NCBI RefSeq assembly: GCF_964204865.1
Contig: NC_135263.1
Span: 15,438,001-15,502,000, forward strand
Direction: 5' to 3'
DNA from: Styela clava
Taxonomy: Eukaryota
DNA length: 64,000 nucleotides
The notes below the pieces were generated by a model, which saw only the letters and a program-made list of their open reading frames with translations, was not told the origin of the DNA and made no database searches. This document shows, piece after piece, positions 25,760-38,937 of the stretch (within the stretch, counting starts at the first letter, position 1; each line of letters starts with the position of its first letter). Position numbers and translations under genes: made by a program.

Positions 25760-28416
25760 ATGTTAACGTTAAAAACGCTGGGTCTGCTTTTGCTTGTTAG
25801 CTGGTCAAATGCATTTGATGATACTCCAGCTTGTACGAAAATTGAGAACTTATTTCAAACACTTTGTGCCCGATACGGAGCACATACATCAATCGGAATC
25901 GAAACATCTCAAGGTTCTCCGGGGAAGAGAGGACCAGTTGGAGAAAAAGGTGAAATAGGTCGGCCTGGACCTGTCGGGCCTCCAGCTATTGTGGATTACG
26001 AACGAATCGAAACTGAAATAGACGAGAAGATTGTGCCAGGTAAAATGATTTTTCGGTTGGCCGTAAAACTGAAAGCGTTGAAAATCGTGAAAGAGACTGT
26101 TTCTGTGATCAAATATGATGTGCTTCGAAATCCGTATTGCTTTAACTTGCTATTATTTTCGAAATTGCACTCATAATGATGTCATTTGATTTTTTACATT
26201 ATACTCTCTGCAACAAATCCACTAAACCAGGGGTTCCCAAACCGCGGCCCGCGGGCCAATTACGACCCGCGTAACGATTTAAAATGGCCCGCCGGAGTTA
26301 AGTGAAATAATTTAACGGTTAAACTTTTTGAAGTAAATGGCAGCGTTCTTATTTCTTTATTAAAAAAAATCAAACTTCAGCGATTTGTCTTCCTTGCCAA
26401 CAAAATATGCCAGTTCTGAAGGAATATGACATTAGGCGCCATTATGAGACGAAGCATTTTTCGAATTATGATCAGTTGATGCGCGTATTTCAAAATTCAA
26501 TGCTAAATTCATAAAAAAGTCAAATAAACATGTTTAAGTTTCCCGATTTAAGAAGTTAATTTTTCAGCATCAGTCTTTCTAACAACACAATTATGAACCT
26601 TAACAAAACAAAACTTCGGTCCGGACTGCATGATAGATAATCACTTGAATGCGTTGTTGCGAATATAATGTACTGAATTGGAGCCACGTAAAGAACATCT
26701 GCCCTAATTACACCTACAAAAATATAGAATTGGTATATACAAAAACAAACAACCAAATCATGTTGGCATTTCGTTTTTTTTATACTTATATACATTGGGA
26801 TGTTTTTTGTGCAACAAAACAAGCCATAAGTAGCCTCATTTATACGAAGCCGTATATTCCAGATGAGCAAGTAACTTCAATCAGTTATCATAACAAACTG
26901 CGATGCTAGGTGTAATAATATCAAGCTTGCAGTCTATTTTAGTGCTTAATTTTTAAAATTTTCTCAGCCGTGGCGTCGAGCTCTTTTTGTCGCTCACCTT
27001 TTCTGGTCCGCGAATATCCTTTAGCTTCGAAATTTGGCCCGCGGTCAATCAACTTTGGGAACCCCTGCACTAAACCCTAAAAAGTTTGACTGAATTTGTG
27101 AATTTTAGCACAATTATTTAATACGTGAAGCTGTTGACATCATCTTGTTAAAAATACTTACACCCTTTTCAGTTATCAGTCAATCATCTGTAAACAACAA
27201 CGCCCTTACCTTGGTGATTGAGAAATTGGAGGAACGAAAAAAGATTTTAGAAAGCAGAGAAGGTATGCAGAAATATACAACAGCAATCCGTACAAAACCG
27301 TACAGAGCTGCGTTCATGTAGACTCCGGTCAAAAAAAAAGTCTAATCGATAATTTGTCTTTTGAATAATCTTGGTAGTAAACATCGATTCTTTCAAATAA
27401 GCTCATGCCCGCTTTTACTAGAAAATAATGTGTATTCCTAAATCATTCAGGGGCGTGTGAGATAAAGTTCGACGGTAAATGCTACTGGGCAGAGAGTCTT
27501 GATCATGGCGTGACAGGCTATGACAGATGGGAAGCCACATGTGCAGAACGGAATGGCTCACCAGCGAATATTTATTCGGAAAAACATTACAATGTCATCA
27601 TGCGATACCTTCGCGCGAAAATATTTGCGAAGAGTAGTGGGATTTATCTATGGGTGGGAATGCGAACAAACCCAGCTGTAAATATATTTATATATATATT
27701 TTTTCAATTTGAATTGTAAAATATGTTTTAACAAAGTCCGCATTTGTAGCAAATTTGAACGTTTCTTGATAATCTTTACCTGACGATCGTTGGTAATTTT
27801 CCAAAGGCTTTGTGATTAAAGATTGTTGTTTTCGCTAGAAGCCTATTACTTGTATTTATTCCAAAATTTTCTATGAATCCCATGAGATCTAATATTTTAT
27901 CTAACATTTCGCTATCCCATTTTTTTCCTTCACGAGAACGCGATTTTCATGCAGACAAGTTACTAAGATGCGGCAAACTACTTCGTTTTATACTTCGTGT
28001 TAATATATAATTGAACAATTCCCCCTTGTTGTTTTCATTAGAGATATATTAAACGAGCGTTTGGAGAATACTAATTTTCTAATTTGTGATCAAATTGTAA
28101 GAACGTCCAGTATGCCACACGTATACTGAAGCAAAATATTTTGTATTTTCCCTCGTCACTAATTCTATGTTATGAAACGAAAAAGAGCTTGACTTTGTTG
28201 CAGGGAACAATATTCTTTTCTTTACAGACTGGAATCGTGACACTTTCCGATGGAAGTCGAGCTCCATTTATGAAATGGTATCCTGGATATCCCTCTAAAC
28301 GTTTTGATCATACGCACATGACAATTGTTCAAAGAGTTCCATCAAGTTCTGCCGAGATTGGTATCCACAATTGGCCGCCAACGTCCAGCAGAGGGGGCGT
28401 ATTATGTGAATTATAG
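25760..28416 (+). CDS. Collectin-like protein, copy 3 (exons 25760-26039, 27173-27262, 27451-27677, 28228-28416)
   Basis: Same exon lengths and phases with an open frame; intron 1 is enlarged by a hAT insertion; CTLD C-half is KWYPGYPSKRFDHTHM...HNWPPTSSRGGVLCEL. Confidence 0.9.
26228..27067 (+). mobile_element. Internally deleted hAT (Charlie/SPIN-like) DNA transposon in intron 1 of copy 3
   Basis: TIR caggggttcccaaa...tttgggaacccctg; 8-bp TSD cactaaac on both sides; transposase remnants WQRSYFF..AICLPCQQNMPVLKEYDIRRHYETKH and MNLNKTKLRS..DNHLNALLRI; absent from the other paralogues. Confidence 0.92.
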
Positions 28417-29369
28417 AGCAATAACAATGCTTTGGATAATTTTGACATGGAACATAATCTTCACATGGAAATACTAATATATATTTTTATCTAATTCTAG
28501 GAGGTACCTGTTTGAAATGCTATATATATATATACATGAAATATATCTAAATGGATAAAGGTAACAAAGTCTATTTTTAGCGGTGTAGAAAACCATCTCA
28601 CAACAAATAATTCAGTATCACACACCAGAACGCGAATTTGGAATCCTGTTGTGTACACCGAATGAATTGATGCTTTTAATCAAGAGCGAAAGTCAAAGGT
28701 TTGAAGACGATCAGATTCCGTCTTAGTTCTGACTATGAACGATGCCAACTAGCGATCGGGAGGCGTTATCATGACGACCTTTCCGGCAGCTTCCGGGAAA
28801 CCAAGATCTTTGGGTTCCGGGGGAAGTAGGGTTGCAAAGCTGAAACTTGAGCAATCTTACTATTGCAAATATTGGAGTTTAGGTCGACGAGACGTGAGTT
28901 GCGCAAGTCAACAACACGATCATGCTCTGACAAAAAATCAGCTCTGATAATAACGAGTAGACTGCTGCGTGGTTGGATAATATATAATATTTGATTTAAA
29001 ACGACAGTGATAAAATAAAATGCGATAGAACTGTAAACATTTAACTTCAAGTTAGATTGAGGCAGAAGGTTAGCCTACTTGTTGAGGTGGGTGTGGTCGC
29101 AGAGTTAAAAGTAGGGTGCCCAAAATTTGAAACCATAAAGATCAGAACGTGGCGAGCGAGTCATGTGACCAACCGACGGCTGAAGCGACCCGGACCTAGC
29201 TATAAGTCTTTGTGTATTTTGCAATCTAAAAAGCGAATTCCGCACTGATTTAATCAGTGGATATACGCAAATACTGCCAGCATGCGAGCATTACAATGCC
29301 TTTGAACCTGGGTAGAATATTTGTGATTTCTGTACGTCAATAGGTTACATGACGTCCAATAGTATTTAT

Positions 29370-30200
29370 ACTCTTACAAAATCGTTGCTCAAAAACAAAA
29401 TGACGTGAATTAAGATGAATCACCTTTTTTTCTGCAACTTTACTGCAAGGCGAGTATTCATGTTATGTTCAATGTTGGCTCAATATATATTCGATATGCT
29501 CGGTATACCGCGAAAAACTCGTTCCAATTTAAATATTCACTTAGTCTGCTGTGTGCTGCTATGGTGTTACGTTACCCGTGGTTACCTCACCGGTACTGGC
29601 CGGTGCCCGGAGTCTCTTTATTTGTAATGGTTTTGATTTTTGGACATTAATCTTTTCAATTATATATATATTTTTGACTTCTTCCTATTCAATCTGTATC
29701 AAAGTTAGACTTTTATCACGGGTGTCGCTGCCCGTGGTTCGCATCAAGTGTATTTTCATTTTGGTGAATTGCCTCCTACACATATTGGGCTGCAATATTT
29801 GACCGTGGGTTTGATATTTTCAATTTAGACAAGACGTGCACATCGAGTGCAAAATACATGTAAAGACTGTTCTATGTCAATATGTCTTCGCCCTAAATGA
29901 AAAATTGTGATTATCATGTCTAAAATGCATGGGTTTTGTTATGACAAATTTGAAAAGTGTGTCGAGGTGTGCGATGGCTGGTCATCGAAGCTTTGCTAAC
30001 ACTCATAGCAGTAGCTAAGTAGCTTAGATGTTCATCGTTGTTCGGTATTTTGTATATATAGATTTTTGAGTTGTCTCTTTGTTGCCCAAGTTTACATTTT
30101 GGTATTATAATGTCACAAACAAAAAATGTAGGCTTAACTTAAGCAAAAGTTATGAGGCCTCTCCAGGAAACCAGACGTTCATTCTGATCATTTTACGTTT
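29370..30200 (+). mobile_element. Probable decayed piggyBac-like transposase 3' end, repeated upstream of every gene copy (about 6130, 11050, 19290, 35990, 43080, 54040, 59840, 62207)
   Basis: Across frames the copies read YAVT..TGRCPESLF..DI...N.YILF, then GCNI*P..VQYTCKTCSMSICL..IVILCLKC, resembling the RRWP motif and C-terminal Cys-rich domain; no TTAA termini were identified. Confidence 0.4.
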
Positions 30201-30772
30201 TAATCAATTAACCGAACAAAACACAAATACATCATAACTTCTATATCGCTGAACGATGACAGTGTTCAATCCTGAATTGCTTTGAAAAATGTTTTTCAAA
30301 TCCGCACAATATAACGAGGTAATCACATTTTTTCAACTAGGTGTTGTTTGTGTTCCAAGAATTAATACCAATACGATGTTGTTCGAATTAAAATCCAAAC
30401 GCTGCATTTCCTCGGCGTCAATTACTCTCATTGTACACCTATAGATTGAAAGCATTAAAGAAACAAACGCATGACTGCCGACACGGAGGAAAATCTCCTG
30501 AACTTCTGAAACCATTATTTGAAACTGCATTTTGTAACGTAATTGAGGCTGCAAAAATTTTCGCGTTTTTCATTCGTTATAGGCAATGAGGAGGTGCATC
30601 ACGAAATTGTTCCAGTCAATTTCGAAACTTTACTTTTAAAGTTGAGTTGAATTGTGTAATTGCGAATAATGAACAACTGTGATTGCTCATAGAATAATAA
30701 TACCACTATACTGTACTCAATATGCTGTTTTTTCAATGTCGGGCACTACTAGTTTAGGATATAAATAATCAA

Positions 30773-30940
30773 AGTGCAAAGGTTCATGAGTTCAGATGTC
30801 CGTGGGTGCAAATGTCTATGGGTGCAAATGTTTATGGGTGCAATCTGTATGTGGGTGCAATTGTTCATGGGTTCAAATGTCCGTGGGTGCAAAAGTATGC
30901 AGGTGCAATTGACCTGGGTGCAAATGTACGTGGGTTCAAA
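30773..30940. repeat. Minisatellite of about 17-bp units (gggtgcaaatgt core); shorter versions about 37410-37560 and 44322-44405
   Basis: Directly visible tandem units; unit number differs among the three copies. Confidence 0.85.
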
Positions 30941-32110
30941 GATAATGGAACTGCAATTAAAATATCGTTTAAGAAAAATACGAAAAATTGTGATTATTAT
31001 GTCCCAAAATGCGCAAGTTTTGTTATGACAAACTTGAAAATTGTGTGGAGGTGTGCCATGTCTCATAGCAATCGCTAAGTAGCTCAGATATTTTATCGTT
31101 GTTCTGTATTTTTATGTATATATAAAAAAAATGTAGGCCTAATCCAAGCAAATGTTATGAGATCTTTCCAGGAAACCAGACATGCATTCTGATCATTTTT
31201 TTTGTGTCCATCAATCAACCAAACAAAACACACAAAGACTTCATAACTTGTATATCGTTGAACACGGACATTGTTCAGTCTTTAAATTCTTCGAAAAAAA
31301 TCTTTCAAATTTGCATATTATAACCAAGTAATGGCATTTTGCCAACTAGGTGTTGTTTGTGTTCTATGAATTGATGCCAATACGATCTGTTGTTCGAATT
31401 AAAAATCTCCAAACGCGGCGTTTCCTCGGCGTCAATTACTCTCATTGTACACCTATATATTGAAAACATTGAAGAAACAAACGAATGACTGCAGCCACGG
31501 AGCGAAATCTGCTGAACTTGATAAAATCTGAAAGCGCAAGGACCTATTAATACCTCGACGGGACACTGCATTTTGTAATGTAATTGAGGCTACAAAAATT
31601 TTCGCGTTTTTCAATCGTTACAGGCAATGAGAAGGTGCATCGCGAAATTGATTTAGTCAATTTTGAAACTTTATTTTTGAAGTTGAGTCAAGTTGTATAA
31701 TGTCGAATAATGAGCAATTGTGATAAAAGAGTTCTTTGGGATGTCGTCGGAATTTTATTATTATTATTATTATTTTCGCACCGAAAAAGGATGGGATTGT
31801 ATGTATTGAACAGTTTTAAATAAAGAGAATGAATCATCTAACTTTCCGCTATATATATTAAATAAGATGTCGCCGAATAGTCAACTTTTTTCTATTATAC
31901 CACTGAGCACATTGCTGAAAATTTTAAATTGGAAAAAAAAACAGAAAAAGTTTTATATATTGGATATTCAGGCTGAGTTCAGTTCTGTGTTTCTGGAAAA
32001 GCTGATTTCAACTACAGCAATATTGGATAAAACTTCATTTTATTATTTTTTTAAAATAGTTTCATATGCATAAACCTATTTAAAATAGAATCATTAGATA
32101 ATTCTGCATC

Positions 32111-33674
32111 ATGTTAACGATAAAAACGCTGGGTCTGCTTTTACTTGTTAGCTGGTCAAATGCATTTGATGATACTCCAGCTTGTACGCAAATTGAAAAT
32201 TTATTTCAAACACTCTGTGCCCGAGACGGGACACATAAATCAATCAGAATCGAAACATCTCAAGGGTCTCCTGGGAAGAGCGGACCAGTTGGGGAAAAAG
32301 GGGAAATAGGCCGGCCGGGACCCGTCGGGCCTCCAGCTATTGTGGATTATGAACGCATCGAAACTGAAATAGAAGAGAAGGTTGCGCCAGGTAAGATAAT
32401 TTTTCAGCTGGCGGTACAATTGAAAACATTAAAAATCATGAAAGACGCTGTTCTTATTCCTATGGTCGAATATGAAAAGGCTCGACTCTTCTTCAAAAAT
32501 CCTTTTTGCTTAACTTGTTAATATTTTCAAAACTGAACTCATAATAATGCCGTTTGATTTTAGACATTAAACACATCTGCAACAAAACCACTTTATAAAA
32601 TAATTTAGCACAATTATATAACACCTGGAGTTTTTTTTATTTTCTTATTTGTAAGCTGTTGACTTCATCTTGTTCAAAAATACATACACCCTTTTTCAGT
32701 TATCAGTCAATCAGCTGCAAACAACAACGCCCTCACCTTGGTGATTGAGAAATTGGAGGAACGAATAAAAATTTTAGAAAGCAGAGAAGGTATGCAGAAA
32801 AATACAACAGCAATCTTTAAAACAGTACAGAGCTGCGTCTATGTAGACCTCGGTCAATAAAAATAGTCCAATCAAAAATTCGTCTTCTGAATAATCTTGG
32901 TAGTAAATTCTTTCACATAAGTTCACGCCCGCTTTTACCTCGCCGAGAGTATATAATTCAACTTGACAGAAAAATTACTACATGTATTTTCCTATATTAT
33001 TTAGGTGCGTGTGAGATAAAGTTCGACGGTAAATGCTACTGGGTAGAGACTCTTGATCATGCTGTTACAGGCTATGACAGATGGGAAGCCACATGTGCAG
33101 AACGGAATGGCTCACCAGCAAACATTTATTCGAAGAAACATTACAATGTTATTATGCGATACCTTCGAGCGAAAATACTGACAAAGAGGGGAGTGATCGC
33201 CCTATGGGTTGGAATGCGAACAAACCCAGCTGTAAATATATTTCTCTTTTCCTTTCAGTTCGGGTTGTTGAAAATGTTTTAACAAAGTATATACATATTA
33301 CATATATTAAGTGAGCGTTTGGATAATACCAATTTTATAATTTGTGATCGCATATTAAGAATGTCAAAATGCCACACGTACATGTACTAAAGCAAAATCT
33401 TTTACATTTTCCTTCGTCACTAATTCTATGTTTTAAAACGAAAAAATGCTTGGCGTTGTTGCAGGAAACAATTTTTTTTTCACAGACTGGAATCGTGACA
33501 CTTTCCGATGGAAGTCGAGCTCCATTTATGAAATGGTGTCCTGGATTTCCCTCTAAACTTTCTGATTATACGCACATGACAATTGTTCAAAGAGTTCCAT
33601 CAAGTTCTGCCAACATTGGTATCCATAACTGGCCACCAACGCACGCCAGAGAAGGCGTATTATGTGAATTATAG
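32111..33674 (+). CDS. Collectin-like protein, copy 4 (exons 32111-32390, 32700-32789, 33005-33231, 33486-33674)
   Basis: Intact GT-AG sites and frame; CTLD C-half is KWCPGFPSKLSDYTHM...HNWPPTHAREGVLCEL. Confidence 0.9.
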
Positions 33675-36600
33675 AGCAATAACAATGCTTCAGACAATTT
33701 TCTTGACACGGAAATACATTGTATTTTTTATCTAACTCCAGGAGGCATTTTTCTTGAAGCTCATGCTTCAACAATCTCTTTGAAATGTTATATGAAATAA
33801 ATCCATGTGTATAAAAGTAACAAAGTCTCTTTTTACCGGTGTAGAAAACCAGCTCACAACAAATAATTCAGTATCACACACCAGAACGCGAGTTTAGAAT
33901 CTTATTGTGTACACCGAATGAATTGACGCTTTTAAGCAATCTTAATATTAGAAATATCACAAACGGACCTTGCCAAATCACTTCAAAGACTAAATAGAAA
34001 TCTTCTGAAAACCACCTCTCTCACCAAGAGCATCCCAAGCACTACCTCACTACGATTTTGCTTATTTTTGTTCTATCACGAGTTCGGGAACTGTCGGTGT
34101 TAGCCAAGTGAATATACCCCATGTCCATAGGATTCAGTCCCTTTACACAACTTGATGTAAAGTAGGCAAACAAAATTAGTTACCTCCATATCTGGACACA
34201 TACTAATGGAGCGCCGTTTAAACAATCCCTCAGTGCAGATGAAAGTAGCCTTCCTCATGTCAGGCTGGCAAAGAGGTATTTGGTGATATGCTTTCGAAAG
34301 TTCGCATTTGCTAAAATATTGTAATTCATTTGCGCACGTGCGTAATTTGCCATCTGTTTTTATTGTCTGATTGTTGAGGGATCTATAATTAACGCAAGTA
34401 CAGACCTCATCGTTATTCTTCTTTGATACAACTGTAATGGCAGATGAATAAGGGTAGTTAGAAGGAACTATGTCTCCTGACTAATTTTTTTTAGTTGGTC
34501 CCGGAAATTTTGACGCAAGTTGGGTGAAAGTGGTCTTGCTTTAGAATGAACTGGTTGCCTGGCCGCAATAATACGGCGGGTTATGTTTTGTCCTAACAGT
34601 TGCATGTCGAAGGATTGTCAAATCTTCGAATTCTTCCAACAAATTGGCGTAGTGCTGATGCCTTGGTGAAGTTGGTTTCTATTCATCTGCCAGAGAACTT
34701 TCTACCATATATCTAGGTATTGTAGTTTGGGTCAGCAAGTGCGTAAGTCAACCACAAAATCATGCTTTGACAAAAAAATCAGCCTCTAATATTGGTTGAG
34801 AAACACGTACTATTAGGAAATTGCAGAAATGTTTGATATTTATCTGATGCAAAAGTCATAGCTGGCTGGCCCTACCATGGTATTGGCGTACCGTTTGCCG
34901 CACACAACTTATGGCCTGGTCGAAGCCGCTTGTGGCGTTTCTATTGTGGGGGAATTTGTTAATCCAGTATCAACTAGAAATCTTCGGCCGTTTTTTCAAT
35001 GACATAATATAGAGAAGGTTTGTGTTCAAAAAATTGGAATAAAAATTATGAAGTGAATTGAACCATTTAGTACTGAAGTTAAATCTGTGGAATGCATCAT
35101 GAACAATAAGAAACCGCGATCGAACCAGATCATTAATATATATTAAAAAAGCTGGAGGGCTTCATTGTATGTGCCAAGTCTGGCGATTGTCCGTCGCTAT
35201 TATTATCAATTAGTACTAAATCCGTCTCTCGCACTTTCGAGTTGAATTACGTTGCATATAATAATAAAATGTAAATAAAAACATTTGGCTAAAATGCATG
35301 CAATAAAATGGTCGATAAAGGGGTCTTTTAAAATTTATCGCAAAAGTCTAAAACCACTTGAATCAGTCAGTTTTGGGAATAGAATCTTTAAAAATCTTGA
35401 TTTCAGGTTTCATCGATTTTTGCAGTTGAGGCTTGAAGTTAATCTTGATAGGCACGTCGGGATGTCACCAACTTTCTGTAGGGTACGCAGTTATTTTCCT
35501 ATTGACTCCTCGCGAGCCTAGACTGGCTTTTTTTTAATTGTTCGCTTCAAAGTCTCTGACAATAACAAGTAGACTGCTTGGTTGTATAATATAGTATTTA
35601 ATTCTAAACGGCAATGATAAAATAAAAAAGGTGCCAAAAACAGCAAAAGACTTAACTTCAAGTTAGATTGAGGCAGAAGGTTGCTTGTTGCGGTTGATGT
35701 GGGTGTGGTCGCAGAGTTAAAAGTAGAGTGCCCAAAATTCGAAAACTCAAAGGTCAGAACGTGGCGAACGAGTTATGCGACCAATCAACAGCTAAAGCGA
35801 CCCTGACCTAGGTGTCGCTATAAGTCTTTTGTGTATTTTGCAACCGAAAAAGCGGATTCCGCACTTCTGATTTAATCAGTCGATATGCGCATATACTGCA
35901 AACGTGCAAGCATTACGATGTCTTTGAACCTGAGTGAAATGTTTGGGATTGCTTTACGTCCGTAGGTTACATGACGTCCAATAGTGTTCTTACTTTTGCA
36001 ATATCGTTGCTTAAAAACAAAATGTCGTGAATTAAGATGAATCACCATTATTTCTGCAACTTTACCGCAAGGCGAGTCTATTCATGTTAATATTTCATGT
36101 TCGCTCAATATATATTCGATATGCTCTGTATACCGCGAAAAATTCGTTCCAACTTAAAATCTTCACTCAGTCTGCTGTGTGCTGCCATGCTGTTACGTTA
36201 CCCGTTGGTTACCTCACCGGTCCTTGTCGGTGTCCGGATTCTATTTTTTGTAACGGATTTGTTTTTCGGACATTAATGTTTTTAATTATATATATTGTTT
36301 GACTTCTTTCTATTCAATCTGTATCAAAGTTAAACTTTTATCGCGGGTGTCGCTTTGCGATGTTCCCATCAAGTGTATTTTCAGTTTGGTGAATTGTCTC
36401 CTGGGCATATTGGGCTGCAATATTTGACCGTAAATTCGATATTTTCAATTTAGACAAGACGTGCACGCCGAGTGCAATATACATGTAAAGACTTGTTCTA
36501 TGTCAATATGTCTTCGCCCTGAATAAAAAAAAAAAATGATGATTATCGTGTCTAAAAATGCATTAGTTTTGTTATGACGAATTTGAAAATTGTATGGAGG

Positions 36601-38937
36601 TGTGCCATGTCTGGTCATCGAAGCCCTGCTAACACTCAAAGAAATCGCTAAGTAGCTTAGATGTTCATCGTTGTTCGGTATTTTGTATATACAGATTTTT
36701 GAGTTGTCTCTTTTTTGCCCAAGTTTACAGTTTGGTATTATAATGTCACAGACAAAAAATGTAGGCTTAACTTAATCAAAAGTTATGAGACCTCTCCAGG
36801 AAACCAGACGTTCATTTTGATCAATTTACGTGTTAATCAATCAACCGAACCAAAACACAAATACATCATAACTTCTATATCGCTGAACGATGACATTGTT
36901 CAATCCTGAATTGCTTTGAAAAATGTTTTTCAAATCCGCATAATATAACGAAGTAATCACATTTTGTCATATAGGTGTTGTTTGTGTTCCAAGAATTAAT
37001 ACCAATACGATGTTGTTCGAATTAAAAATCTCCAAACGCTGCATTTCCTCGGCGCCAATTACTCTCATTGTACACCTATAGATTGAAAGCATTAAAGAAA
37101 CAAACGCATGACTGCCGACACGGAGGAAAATCTGCTGAACTTCTGAAACCATTATTTGAAACTGCATTTTGTGACGTAATTGAGGCTGCAACAATTTTCG
37201 CGTTTTTCATTCGTTATAGGCAATGAGAGGGTGCATCACGAAATTGTTTTAGTCAATTTCGAAACTTTACTTTTAAAGTTGAGTTAAATTGTGTAATTGC
37301 GAATAATGAACATCTGTGATTGCTCATAGAATAATAATACCACTATACTGTACTCAATATGCTGTTTTTTCAATGTCGGGCACTACTAGTTTGGGATATA
37401 AATAATCAAAGTGCAAATGTTCATGAGTTCAGATGTCCGTGGGTGCAAATGTTTATGAGTGCAATCTGTATGTGGGTGCAATTGTTCATGGGTTCAAATG
37501 TCCGTGGGTGCAAAAGTATGCAGGTGCAATTGCCCTGAGTGCAAATGTACGTGGGTTCAAAGATAATGGAACTGCAATTAAAATATCGTTTAAGAATACG
37601 AAAAATTGTGAATATTATGTCTCAAAATGCGTAAGTTTTGTTATGACAAACTTGAAAATTGTGTGGAGGTGTGCCATGTCTCATAGCAATCGCTAAGTAG
37701 CTCAGATGTTTTATCGTTGTTCTTTATTTTTATGTATATATAAAAAAAAATGTAGGCCTAACTCAAGCAAATGTTATGAGACCTCTCCAGGAAACCAGAA
37801 ATGCATTCTGATCATTTTTTTGTGTTCATCAATCAACCAAACAAAACACACAAAGACTTCATAAATTGTATATCGTTGAATAACGACATTGTTCAGTCTT
37901 TAAATTCTTTGAAAAAAATCTTTCAAATTCGCATATTATAACGAAGTAATGGCATTTTGCCAACTAGGTGTTGTTTGTGTTCTAGGAATTGATACCAATA
38001 CGATCTGTTGTTCGAATTGAAAATCTCCAAACGCGGCGTTTCCTCGGCGTCAATTACTCTCATTGTACACCTATATATTAAAAACATTGAAGAAACAAAC
38101 GCATGACTGCAGCCACGGAGCGAAATCTGCTGAACTTGATAAAATCTGAAAGCGCAAGGACCTATTAATACCTAGACAGGAAACTGCATTTTGTAATGTA
38201 ATTGAGGCTGCAAAAATTTTCGCGTTTTTCAATCGTTACAGGCAATGAGAAGGTGCATCGCGAAATTGATTTAGTCAATTTTGAAACTTTATTTTTAAAG
38301 TTTAGTCAAGTTGTATAATGTCGAATAATGAACAATTGTGATTGCTCATAGAATACTAATACCGCTATACCCGATATATTATTTGCCTAAATGTCGGGCA
38401 CTAGTTTGGGATATGATTAATCAAAGTTTCATAAATACGCACTGAGTGAAATGTAAAAACTCCTAATGCAAAATCTTTGGACCAAGCGTTGTTTTTTAGA
38501 ACCCGATGCTGACTGGAACTCACGCTGATAAAAGAGTTCTTTGGGGTGTCTTCGGAATTTTATGAGTTATTATTTTCGCACCGAAAAAGGATGGGATTGT
38601 ATGTATTGAACAGTTTCAAATAAAGAGAATAAATCATTCAACTTTTCGATATATATATTAAATAAGATGTCGCCGAATAGTCAAATTTTTTCTATATATA
38701 TATTGTCATATATATAAATATATATACCACTGAACACATTGCTGAAAATTTTAAATTAGAAAAAAAACAGAAAAAGTTTTATATATTGGGTATTCATGCT
38801 GAGTTCGGTTTTGTGTTTCTGAAAAAGCTGATTTCAACTACAGCAATATTGGATAAAACTTCATTTTATTATTTTTTTTAAAATAATTTCATATGCATAA
38901 GCTTATTGAAAATAGAATCATTAGATAAATCTGCATC

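Noticed and set aside
30749-31078. ORFs over the gggtgcaaatgt repeats, or a CRISPR-like array
   Set aside because: This is a minisatellite without unique spacers in a eukaryotic context; the ORFs are repeat artefacts.
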